Positions 10,893 to 19,171 of a stretch of DNA of 64,000 nt are shown piece after piece. The notes under the pieces are model-generated. The model saw only the letters and a program-made list of their open reading frames with translations. It was not told the DNA's origin and searched no databases. A program made the translations under genes and the position numbers. Source of the DNA: an uncultured Thiotrichales bacterium (GTDB taxonomy: Bacteria; Pseudomonadota; Gammaproteobacteria; Francisellales; CACEW01); the NCBI GenBank assembly GCA_903870015.1, contig CAIQBE010000002.1:45863-109862 (forward strand). Reading direction: 5' to 3'. Within the stretch, counting starts at the first letter, position 1. Each line of letters opens with the position of its first letter.

Positions 10893-12158
10893 TTAAACCT
10901 CATTTTTACTGGTGTAAAGACTTAAAAAAACAATAAAGGTTCCTCCTATTGGGGAAAGAATAAAGGCAGAAGTTGTCATATTCATGATTACAATCATCCA
11001 CCAAAGGCCTCGTAACGCATTGCCTTGAGTGGTTGAAAGGTTTTTTATGGTATGCCAAATAACTCCAAGCCAGAATAAGTAAAGCACTAAGCCAATCAAC
11101 CCTAGCTCAACTGCTAGTAGCATGTACATATTGTCTGACTGTAGTGGCAGTGATAGGTGCTTCATTTTGGCGTAAGTTGAATACACCAATGGGTAGCCAG
11201 AAGAGCCCGTTCCTGCCAGTGGGTTTGATTTAATCAGATCACAGCCAATATATATGAAGTTTAGTCGAGTTCCGAAAGAGCCCGGAGTTAAATCTATATT
11301 GCTAAAGTGATGTGAATTTTGCCAAAAAGAAGCAATATCTTCAGCACCCTTATTGGTGCGATATTTCACTGTTGGAACTCCCTCATAAAGGCATGCTATC
11401 ATGAGCGTTAAAGCGAGTAAACCAATAAAAAATCCTTTACGCCCAATAATCTGGGAGTAAAGCGCCACTAAAAATAATGCAATGTAAAGTAAGTAACCGC
11501 TGCGCTCGATATTAATGAGCCAGATATAAAGACTTAGTGCAATAAATATCACAATATCAATGGGATGGCTCTCTTTTCTTAATATACGTTGCAATAAAAT
11601 CCAGCAGGCAAGCACCACAATGAAAATTAACGGTAATGGATTGTTATCAAATACACCATCACGGAATGGAGCATCAGTAAATCCCCCATCGTTAAAAGGG
11701 TGATATGTTAAATGTGCTAGAGTAAAATCGGGATTAAAATGGTAAAACGTGCTCAAAATAACATTAATTAGTACGCCAAGGATTAAGCCCTGCTCTATCC
11801 ATTTACAGTGTTTTAAATTTTTAATTACGCAAGGTAAAACTAAAAGGTATAGCATCAGGTCATACATTATGACGCCATACCATGCTCTCTGCAAAGGAAG
11901 GTGAGCGGTGTTGATAATCAGCGTGCTAATGATGACCCATGCAAAGAAAAGTAATGCCACCATAGTAATGGGGGATTTGAAGTTTTTCGCACAAAATATT
12001 TTTTGACGCCAGGGTTTATATAGCAAAGCTAAAATGGCTAACAACACTAGGCACTGATCAGCGCCCCAGTGCCATATGGTTACAAAAAACATTGATAAAG
12101 AAAGTAATAGAGTTGCCAGTTTTGGGGTATTCATCATCTTTAACAGACCCACACTCAT
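10893..12158 (-). CDS. O-antigen ligase / O-antigen polymerase family (Wzy_C) membrane protein
   Basis: Polytopic, with a large loop and SDNMYMLLAVELGLIGLVLYLFWL matching the ligase family signature. Confidence 0.75.
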   Translation of the reverse strand: MSVGLLKMMNTPKLATLLLSLSMFFVTIWHWGADQCLVLLAILALLYKPWRQKIFCAKNFKSPITMVALLFFAWVIISTLIINTAHLPLQRAWYGVIMYDLMLYLLVLPCVIKNLKHCKWIEQGLILGVLINVILSTFYHFNPDFTLAHLTYHPFNDGGFTDAPFRDGVFDNNPLPLIFIVVLACWILLQRILRKESHPIDIVIFIALSLYIWLINIERSGYLLYIALFLVALYSQIIGRKGFFIGLLALTLMIACLYEGVPTVKYRTNKGAEDIASFWQNSHHFSNIDLTPGSFGTRLNFIYIGCDLIKSNPLAGTGSSGYPLVYSTYAKMKHLSLPLQSDNMYMLLAVELGLIGLVLYLFWLGVIWHTIKNLSTTQGNALRGLWWMIVIMNMTTSAFILSPIGGTFIVFLSLYTSKNEV

Positions 12159-12303
12159 ACTCCTTCTAAAATAAAGATTATATCAAATTGAAAAAAATAA
12201 CAGTATTTGCTTCAATATGCAAGTAATGAGATACTGAGCAGCCGGTGGATATTTTCTACTAGTTTAAGCAACTAAAGTCGTTCTAGGATCCCAGGAGATA
12301 AAT

Positions 12304-13194
12304 ATGCCCAAAATTTATGACTGCTTTTGTTATTTTAATGAGGATATGATTTTAGAGTTGCGCTTTGAAACGCTGTGGGATTATGTCGATTACTTCATCA
12401 TTTCTGAGGCTAATTATACGCATGCAGGCGCACCAAGAGAGTTGCTTTTTAATTTGGAAAAATTTGCAAAATATAAAAAAAAAATTCGTTACCTTCCTTT
12501 AATAGAAAGACCTCCAGGTAAAAATGAGCCTTGGAAAAATGAAAATTTTATTCGTAATAATGTTGCCAAGGGTTTGTATGATGCTCTGCCAGATGATTGG
12601 ATTCTGATTTCTGATATAGATGAAATCCCTCGCCCTAAAAAAATCAAAGAGTATAATCCCAAGCGCTTACGCGCTCAATTTATGCAAGGTTATTATAATT
12701 TCTTTTTTAATAATTTTTGGCTGGGTTGTGTTAATGAAAAAGGGCGATTAAAGCGAAATAGTAATAGGTGGTATGGCTCTACTATAACGACATTTGCACG
12801 ATTTTCGAGTTTTTTTGAGAGTAATGCAACTTACTGTAGGAGCTGGAGTTACAAGCCAACGGGCTTGTTTCCTTTCCTTAAAAAAGAATGGTTTAAGCAT
12901 TTTAAACGTCAAGTTATTCGTGATGGTGGATGGCATTTCAGTTCTATATTTGACATTTCAGGCATTGTTTTGAAAACTGAGGTCACAGCACATCAAGAGT
13001 TTAATACGCCTGAGTATAAGGATCCCCAAAATATTCAAATGCTCATTTTACAAGGTAGAGATTTTCGGGTGCCCAGCCGTCGCTTTCAGGCCCATGAAGT
13101 ATGTCAGCCAGAGTTCCCCGCATATCTAGTTGAGCATATGGAAAAATATGAAAAATTTTTATTGCCTGCTGCAAAAAACTTTGTGGAGAAATAA
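12304..13194 (+). CDS. glycosyltransferase family 17 (MGAT3-like, bisecting GlcNAc-transferase family)
   Basis: KIYDCFCYFNEDMILELRFETLWDYVDYFIISEANYTHAG, DDWILISDIDEIP and GGWHFSS match GT17 hallmark blocks. Confidence 0.75.
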   Translation: MPKIYDCFCYFNEDMILELRFETLWDYVDYFIISEANYTHAGAPRELLFNLEKFAKYKKKIRYLPLIERPPGKNEPWKNENFIRNNVAKGLYDALPDDWILISDIDEIPRPKKIKEYNPKRLRAQFMQGYYNFFFNNFWLGCVNEKGRLKRNSNRWYGSTITTFARFSSFFESNATYCRSWSYKPTGLFPFLKKEWFKHFKRQVIRDGGWHFSSIFDISGIVLKTEVTAHQEFNTPEYKDPQNIQMLILQGRDFRVPSRRFQAHEVCQPEFPAYLVEHMEKYEKFLLPAAKNFVEK

Positions 13195-13376
13195 TCATAC
13201 CATTAAAATTAAGTCTTGCGAGAATTTATAGGCGTTATCAACTAGCATTGGCGTTAGGCTGAATAAAAATATTGTTTTCTGGGGTGCTAGAAATAAAAGC
13301 CTTTGTTAAGGTAGAAGTTGCAAAAGATTTTAAGAAAGTTTATGGGCACATTATTGAAAGTGGCTTTAGATATTTT

Positions 13377-14279
13377 CTATTGGTGTTTAATAAGGAGACC
13401 TCTCAGCATCCTGCGAAGTCTTCCCCAGGAGCGAGAAATAAACGATCGCCTAGCAAATTTTGGATCCAAGTGCTTATCCCAGTTTGACTGGCTAACAATG
13501 CCAATATAATCATGGACCTCCGCTGTTTTTTTGGATTGCCATTCGTAATGCAAGCACTCAAATAATGGGCCGATTGGATAGAGGGGGATGGCCTTGTACT
13601 TCAGAAGAGCCTCGCCATACCACTTAATTTCTTGAGGTAAACGTACCATCGCTTGGGCGATAGATTCTTTGCGCGGCATTAAGTGCAGCTTTTCTAGGGA
13701 TTCCCACACCAGTCGAGACCAAATGACTGGCGTTGGCCCAAAGTCATAATCAGGGCCTTCACGCTCAAATTCGGTTTTCATGATCTGACAATCTTTTTTA
13801 AAGTTAGCGATGACCTTGTGCTTCTTTTTTTGAAGTGCCTCATCTAGTAGATCATTGGCATCGTGCATTAACGAATAAGGGTGACCGCTCGGATGCATAA
13901 AGTTAGCCAAGGAAAATTCTTTTGTAAAATAGCTATCTGCATCAATGCACAAATAATTATCGCAACCAATCTTTCGCCAGGCCTCTGCTTTTATCAGTTG
14001 CTGAGAAATAGAGCCTGGCATAGCATAGTATTCATCGAGCGACAATTGTGAATTGGAACTAATGATTTTTTCATCGGTCAAAAGATAGAATTCTCCCAAA
14101 TGAGATGGTGCTAAATAATCAGAGTGAATGTAATTCTTAAAAATATCAAGATCAGCCCGAGGGACAGAGAGATGGAATGGTATTTTATCCTTATTAAATG
14201 GAGGAAGACTCTCGAGTAGTTTTTTGACCCGCAGAACATCATTTCGATACGATTTGCAAAATATAACAAAATGAGTCAT
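13377..14279 (-). CDS. putative nucleotide-sugar glycosyltransferase-like protein (DXD-type), unknown family
   Basis: 300-aa soluble ORF with YLCIDADSYF (DxD-like). It sits directly downstream of rsmE on the same strand. Confidence 0.4.
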   Translation of the reverse strand: MTHFVIFCKSYRNDVLRVKKLLESLPPFNKDKIPFHLSVPRADLDIFKNYIHSDYLAPSHLGEFYLLTDEKIISSNSQLSLDEYYAMPGSISQQLIKAEAWRKIGCDNYLCIDADSYFTKEFSLANFMHPSGHPYSLMHDANDLLDEALQKKKHKVIANFKKDCQIMKTEFEREGPDYDFGPTPVIWSRLVWESLEKLHLMPRKESIAQAMVRLPQEIKWYGEALLKYKAIPLYPIGPLFECLHYEWQSKKTAEVHDYIGIVSQSNWDKHLDPKFARRSFISRSWGRLRRMLRGLLIKHQ

Positions 14280-14301
14280 TTTCTACCCCGGTAAGCAAGT
14301 G

Positions 14302-15021
14302 TTAATAACTAAACTGATAATTAATCAGCCCCAAAGCCAATATCGCCGCAGTCTCAACCCGTAAAACCCGCTCGCCCAAAGTGATCCTAGTAAATTGCTC
14401 CTGGTCCGCAAGGTTTTCTTCCTGTGGAGTCAATCCACCCTCAGGGCCAATCAAGAGTGCACAAGATTCTGGTATTGTGGTACATGATTTTAATGAAATG
14501 GCGCGTTCGAGAACAAATTGTAGCTTTAAGTCAGCTTGAGTTTGTGCAAGCCATTCTTGGATTAGCATTGGCGCGTTGATTTTGGGTAAATAATTTTGCT
14601 GGCATTGCTCACAGGCGCTGGTCATAATCTCTTGCCAGTGCTGCATTTTGCGTTCAAGGGCTTCGCTTTTGAGGCGACCCTGGCTGCGCTCAGCGTATAG
14701 AGGCGTGATCTCACTGACATTGAGCTCAACGGCTTTTTGCAAAATTAAATCCATGCGATCAAAGCGACAGAGGGCTTGGCCGAGATGTAGTTTTAATTGA
14801 GGTGGGGTTTGTATCTGTAGATCATCCTGCAATTGCAGCAAGATATTTTTTTTGGTGATCTCAGTAATTTTTGCGGAGATTTGCGTGCCTTGACCATCAA
14901 ATAAGGTGATTTCATCATGGACATTGCAGCGCAATACCCGCAGATGATTCACTAGTTCTGGAGGGGGTGATACTTCATTGTGGGCAAGCAGTTTTTGAGG
15001 GAAGTAAAAGCGGGGATTCAT
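14302..15021 (-). CDS. rsmE: 16S rRNA (uracil1498-N3)-methyltransferase
   Basis: LLIGPEGGLTPQEE SPOUT motif, N-terminal PUA-like region, 239 aa. Confidence 0.85.
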   Translation of the reverse strand: MNPRFYFPQKLLAHNEVSPPPELVNHLRVLRCNVHDEITLFDGQGTQISAKITEITKKNILLQLQDDLQIQTPPQLKLHLGQALCRFDRMDLILQKAVELNVSEITPLYAERSQGRLKSEALERKMQHWQEIMTSACEQCQQNYLPKINAPMLIQEWLAQTQADLKLQFVLERAISLKSCTTIPESCALLIGPEGGLTPQEENLADQEQFTRITLGERVLRVETAAILALGLINYQFSY

Positions 15022-15461
15022 GGCTTTGGCTTAACATCAATAATTTCAATGTCAAAAAGCACGACTTGCCCTGCAAGGGGGTGGTTAAAATCAACGGTGA
15101 CTTCATGCGCATCTAGCTCACGAATCACGCCAGGAATATCGCGGCCATCGAGCTGAGTAAAGTTGATAATCAAGCCTACTTCGAGTTGGTTAGCTAGCTC
15201 CCCTTTAAATTGCGCTCGTGGCACTTGATAAATATTTGCAGGATGGGCAGGGCCAAAGGCATCTTCAGGCATTAGCATAATTTTAGGTTTGGCGCCGATG
15301 TTTAGGCCTAAAAGTTGCTGCTCTAACTTTTCTGAAAAGAAATCATCATGACCTACCTGAAAGGTCATAGGCGCGCCAATATTGCGCGTACTCTCCGCAA
15401 CTGAGCCATCTTTAAGGCGCACATCAAAGTGCATGGTGACGATAGAGCCGACTTCAATCAC
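15018..15461 (-). CDS. fkpB: FKBP-type peptidyl-prolyl isomerase (SlpA/FkpB)
   Basis: GSVAESTRN...LEQQLLGL...PGVIRELDAHEVTVDFNHPLAGQVVLFDIEIIDV closely parallels E. coli FkpB. It lies downstream of lspA, as in the classical operon. Confidence 0.85.
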   Translation of the reverse strand: MIEVGSIVTMHFDVRLKDGSVAESTRNIGAPMTFQVGHDDFFSEKLEQQLLGLNIGAKPKIMLMPEDAFGPAHPANIYQVPRAQFKGELANQLEVGLIINFTQLDGRDIPGVIRELDAHEVTVDFNHPLAGQVVLFDIEIIDVKPKP

Positions 15462-15938
15462 TTATTCAGGCCTAAATGCACTAAGCAAAATTAATATCGC
15501 GCCGATAACAATCGCAGAGTCTGCGACATTAAACGCGGGCCAGTGATAATCTCTAAAGTGAAGGTCGATAAAATCAATCACATAGCCATTGACAATGCGA
15601 TCACAAAGATTGCCAATCGTGCCACCAAGGATAAGGCTTAATGCGGCAGCGGCAAAAGGATGCATGGTCGCACGCCAAAGATAGGTAAGAATCAGAATCG
15701 TCACCGCAAGCGCAATGCCGATAAACAGCCAAAGCTGCCAGCCATTTTGCGTGCTTAAAAAACCAAAAGCCGAGCCAGTATTATGCACCAGGACTAAATT
15801 TAAAAAAGAAGTTACTTGCGTGGGAACGAGTTGGTTGATGTAAAAACTAGCAACCCCCTTACTGCCAAGATCTAACACAATCACTGCAAAGGTAAGCCAA
15901 AGCCACCGCCATTGCCCGTCGCCTGCACTTTTCGCCAT
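15462..15938 (-). CDS. lspA: lipoprotein signal peptidase II
   Basis: [11 protein letters not shown] and FNVADSAI motifs; 4 TMs. Confidence 0.9.
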   Translation of the reverse strand: MAKSAGDGQWRWLWLTFAVIVLDLGSKGVASFYINQLVPTQVTSFLNLVLVHNTGSAFGFLSTQNGWQLWLFIGIALAVTILILTYLWRATMHPFAAAALSLILGGTIGNLCDRIVNGYVIDFIDLHFRDYHWPAFNVADSAIVIGAILILLSAFRPE

Positions 15939-16059
15939 GAGTTTCTCCGAGTTAAATTTTACTTATTGTACGTGAACTTTTTGAAAATTTCATTAAAAAA
16001 ATAGTTGCTTATTATTTAATCCAAAATTACAATGTATTTTATTTGATCTAAGGTTTGGT

Positions 16060-16527
16060 TTGATGTCTTGGGTGTTATTTTTGGTATTTGTAGTCTTGCT
16101 CTTACGGCTGAGTTGGATTGATTTTAAAGTTCTATTGCTACCAGATAGATTAACGCTCAGCCTAATGTGGATTGGGCTATTGTGTAATGCCTACGGTATT
16201 TTTGTGACGCCAAGTGAAGCGATTCTTGGCGCTGCTTTAGGGTATGTGAGTTTTTTTAGCATTAGCCGAATTTATTTTTACGTGCGTAAAAAAGAAGGCT
16301 TGGGGCAGGGGGATGCTAAATTATTAGGGGCCATTGGCGCTTGGCTGGGCTGGCAGGTATTGCCAGAAGTGACTTTGATAGCAGCCTTATTAAATTTATT
16401 ATGGGCGTTATTTTTAAGCATCTACCAATCGCGTGAAAGCCTCAAGCAGCATTGCTTTCCCTTTGGCCCAGCCTTGGCAATTGCGGCAATGGGTATAATG
16501 CTAATACAGCTATTGACTGCAAAATAA
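16060..16527 (+). CDS. pilD: prepilin peptidase, A24 peptidase domain only (no N-terminal methyltransferase/Cys domain)
   Basis: Both catalytic Asp contexts are present (WIDFKVLLLPD and GLGQGDAKLLGAIGAWLGW). It is only 155 aa against about 250-290 aa for the canonical protein. Confidence 0.75.
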   Translation: MMSWVLFLVFVVLLLRLSWIDFKVLLLPDRLTLSLMWIGLLCNAYGIFVTPSEAILGAALGYVSFFSISRIYFYVRKKEGLGQGDAKLLGAIGAWLGWQVLPEVTLIAALLNLLWALFLSIYQSRESLKQHCFPFGPALAIAAMGIMLIQLLTAK

Positions 16528-16575
16528 ACTAATGATAAATTGATCAATAGATTAATCAACGCAAGGAGCAAAAAA

Positions 16576-17022
16576 GTGTCAAAACAATCTGGATTTAACT
16601 TAATAGAACTCATGGTCGTGATTGCAATTATGGCAGTGCTAGCGGCAATTGCCATTCCCGCCTATAGCCAATACATCAATCGAAGTCGGGCTGTATCTGC
16701 GGTGGTTATCACCGATCCCGTGCGCACGGCCGTGACTGAATACGCCATGATGCATAATGGCGGGCTCGGTAATATCAGTAACGCCGTGCTCAATATGCAA
16801 AGTAACGATATCGTAGATGGCTCTAATGATGTGGTTAGTGTGGATGTCACCGGAACGAGCAATACCACAGCGCAGGTCGTTGCAGCCTTAGCCGATAATT
16901 TAGGCTCTCTCACTTGGACCGGAACATATAATGCTGCTAATGGTCATGTAAATTGGCAATGTACTTATCCTTCAGGTAGTGGTTTAGCGGCCTACGCGCC
17001 TCATAATTGCACCGCTGCTTAA
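16576..17022 (+). CDS. pilA: type IVa pilin
   Basis: Class III leader plus GFNLIELMVVIAIMAVLAAIAIPAYSQY; C-terminal Cys...Cys D-region (WQCTYPSG...HNCTAA). I chose the GTG at 16576, 7 nt after AAGGAG; the track ORF starts at 16540. Confidence 0.85.
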   Translation: MSKQSGFNLIELMVVIAIMAVLAAIAIPAYSQYINRSRAVSAVVITDPVRTAVTEYAMMHNGGLGNISNAVLNMQSNDIVDGSNDVVSVDVTGTSNTTAQVVAALADNLGSLTWTGTYNAANGHVNWQCTYPSGSGLAAYAPHNCTAA

Positions 17023-17035
17023 GCCGCTGAATAAT

Positions 17036-18133
17036 ATGTCGGAGATGAAAAAGATTTTAGAGCACATTCACGCTTTGGCGCAAGAGGGCTCTGAGGCGGG
17101 GTTGCCCAAATTTCTGGAGCTGATTTTGCATTATGCCTATGATCAAAAGGCCTCAGATATTCATCTGGAGTCTCAGGGCCAAAACGGGCGGGTGCGTTTG
17201 CGCGTCGATGGGTTTCTCAAAACCTTGATCAGCTTTCCTGTAGCCTTAACGCATCCTTTGATTTCAAGGCTGAAAGTCTTGGCTGAGCTTGATATTGCCG
17301 AGCGGCGCTTACCGCAAGATGGACGCTTTCATATCCTAATCAATGGCTTAAAGTTGGAATATCGCTTAAGCATTTGCCCAACGCTGAATGCTGAAAAGGC
17401 TGTGATTCGCTTGGTGAATTTAAACGAAAAAGTACTTACGCTAGAGGAGTTAGGCTTATTACCAGCGCAGATAAAAGAGTTGCAGCAGGTTTTGGTCAAA
17501 CCCCATGGCTTGATTTTAGTGAGTGGGCCCACGGGCAGTGGTAAAACGTTAACGCAATACGCCATGCTCAATTTTTTAAATAACGAAACGCACAATCTGA
17601 TTAGCATTGAAGATCCGGTCGAGCTGGTGCTGTCGGGTGTGAATCAAGTCCATGTCAATAACAAAGCCGGGCTTGAATTTCATAAAGTCTTGCGCTCGAT
17701 CTTAAGGCAAGATCCAGACATCATCATGATTGGTGAAATCCGCGATTTAGAAACAGCCGAGGTAGCACTCAATGCCGCACAAACCGGGCATTTGGTCTTG
17801 GCTACCGTGCATGCCAATAGTGCCTGGGATTCTTTGCTGCGTTTAGAACATATCGGCGTACCGCGGCATAATTTATTGAGTTGCGTGCGTTTATTATTAG
17901 CCCAGCGCTTGATTCGGCATTTTTGTGTAGTGTGCAATGGCAACATCTGCGAGCAATGTTTTGATGGCTTTAAGGGCCGAACCGGTATTTTTGAGCTGAT
18001 CCATGTCGAAGAAAAGCGCTTTGGTAATTTGCAGGATATTCGGCCACCTGATTATATGAATATGCGCGCTGCAGGGTTGGAAAAAGTAAAACTAGGGCTA
18101 ACGAGTATAGTCGAAGTCGAGCGTGTGATATAA
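17036..18133 (+). CDS. pilB: GspE/PilB-family pilus assembly ATPase, short form
   Basis: RLPQDGRF, Walker A GPTGSGKT, Asp/His boxes, and a tetracysteine CVVCNGNICEQC. It is 365 aa, so the N-terminal domains of canonical PilB are absent. Confidence 0.8.
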   Translation: MSEMKKILEHIHALAQEGSEAGLPKFLELILHYAYDQKASDIHLESQGQNGRVRLRVDGFLKTLISFPVALTHPLISRLKVLAELDIAERRLPQDGRFHILINGLKLEYRLSICPTLNAEKAVIRLVNLNEKVLTLEELGLLPAQIKELQQVLVKPHGLILVSGPTGSGKTLTQYAMLNFLNNETHNLISIEDPVELVLSGVNQVHVNNKAGLEFHKVLRSILRQDPDIIMIGEIRDLETAEVALNAAQTGHLVLATVHANSAWDSLLRLEHIGVPRHNLLSCVRLLLAQRLIRHFCVVCNGNICEQCFDGFKGRTGIFELIHVEEKRFGNLQDIRPPDYMNMRAAGLEKVKLGLTSIVEVERVI

Positions 18134-19168
18134 ATGCCTCAAAAAACCAAAAATTTTCTCTGGCAGTTTACCGAACAGCTAACTTTGCTGTATCAAAGCG
18201 GTATTCCATTGTCGCAAAGCTTTGGTTTGTTGGCTAAAGGTAAATTTCACGAGGATGAATTAGCCATGTTTACAAACATCGAGCATAACATCAATCGTGG
18301 CAAGAGTTTATATTTTAGCTTAAAGCGTTATCCAGAGGTTTTTCCCAAATTTTATCTGACATTAATTGAGTTAGGCGAGGTCAGTGGTCGTTTGGGCGAT
18401 GTTTTGCAAGATGTATCGCGTATGCTCGAGGCGCAAATGGAGCTAAAGCGCAAAATCACCGCAGCATTATTTTATCCCTTAACAGTATTGTGCATTAATG
18501 CTTTTGTGGTTTTTGGCTTGCTCTGGTTTATCGTACCCCAGTACGCCGGTTTTTTTGCGAAAACTCCCAGCGCCTTACCCTTAGCCACTCAAGTGCTCTT
18601 AAGTTTAAGCGCTGAATTACACAATTTTTGGTGGTTAAACATGCTTTTTTGTGCCTTGGTATTCATGGGGTTGCGGCATATTTTTAAAAAGCATAAATAT
18701 CAGCAAAAAATGCTCATCAAAATCACCCAAATTCGCGGACTAAAAGCATTAATTCGGCTCCGAGATTTGGGGTTGTTATGTCGCAATTTATCCCTATGCC
18801 TAAAAGCCGGTTTAACCTTAACCCAGGCGTTAAATCTCTGCGCACCTTTAAGTCTAAATCCATGTTTACATGAGCAGGTGCAAGAAGTCATATTGGATAT
18901 CAATCGCGGCAAAGGCGTCGTCGCCGCCTTTAAAAAACACGAATTCCCGGCATTGATGCTGCAGCTCTTAAAAATCGGCGAAACCACAGGTTACCTAGAA
19001 GCACAGTTTTTAAAGATCGCCAATATTTATGATAAAGAGCTCATGCGCCTGCTCGATAAAATCACCCGCCTGATCGAGCCGCTCATGATGGTAGTATTAG
19101 GTGGGGTGGTGGGGCTGATTATGTACGCACTCTATCAGCCCTTGATTCAGTTGGGGAGTTTAGTGTGA
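18134..19168 (+). CDS. pilC: GspF/PilC-family pilus platform protein
   Basis: Two T2SSF-like repeats and 3 TMs (...LIEPLMMVVLGGVVGLIMYALYQP). The start abuts the pilB stop. Confidence 0.8.
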   Translation: MPQKTKNFLWQFTEQLTLLYQSGIPLSQSFGLLAKGKFHEDELAMFTNIEHNINRGKSLYFSLKRYPEVFPKFYLTLIELGEVSGRLGDVLQDVSRMLEAQMELKRKITAALFYPLTVLCINAFVVFGLLWFIVPQYAGFFAKTPSALPLATQVLLSLSAELHNFWWLNMLFCALVFMGLRHIFKKHKYQQKMLIKITQIRGLKALIRLRDLGLLCRNLSLCLKAGLTLTQALNLCAPLSLNPCLHEQVQEVILDINRGKGVVAAFKKHEFPALMLQLLKIGETTGYLEAQFLKIANIYDKELMRLLDKITRLIEPLMMVVLGGVVGLIMYALYQPLIQLGSLV

Positions 19169-19171
19169 CGG

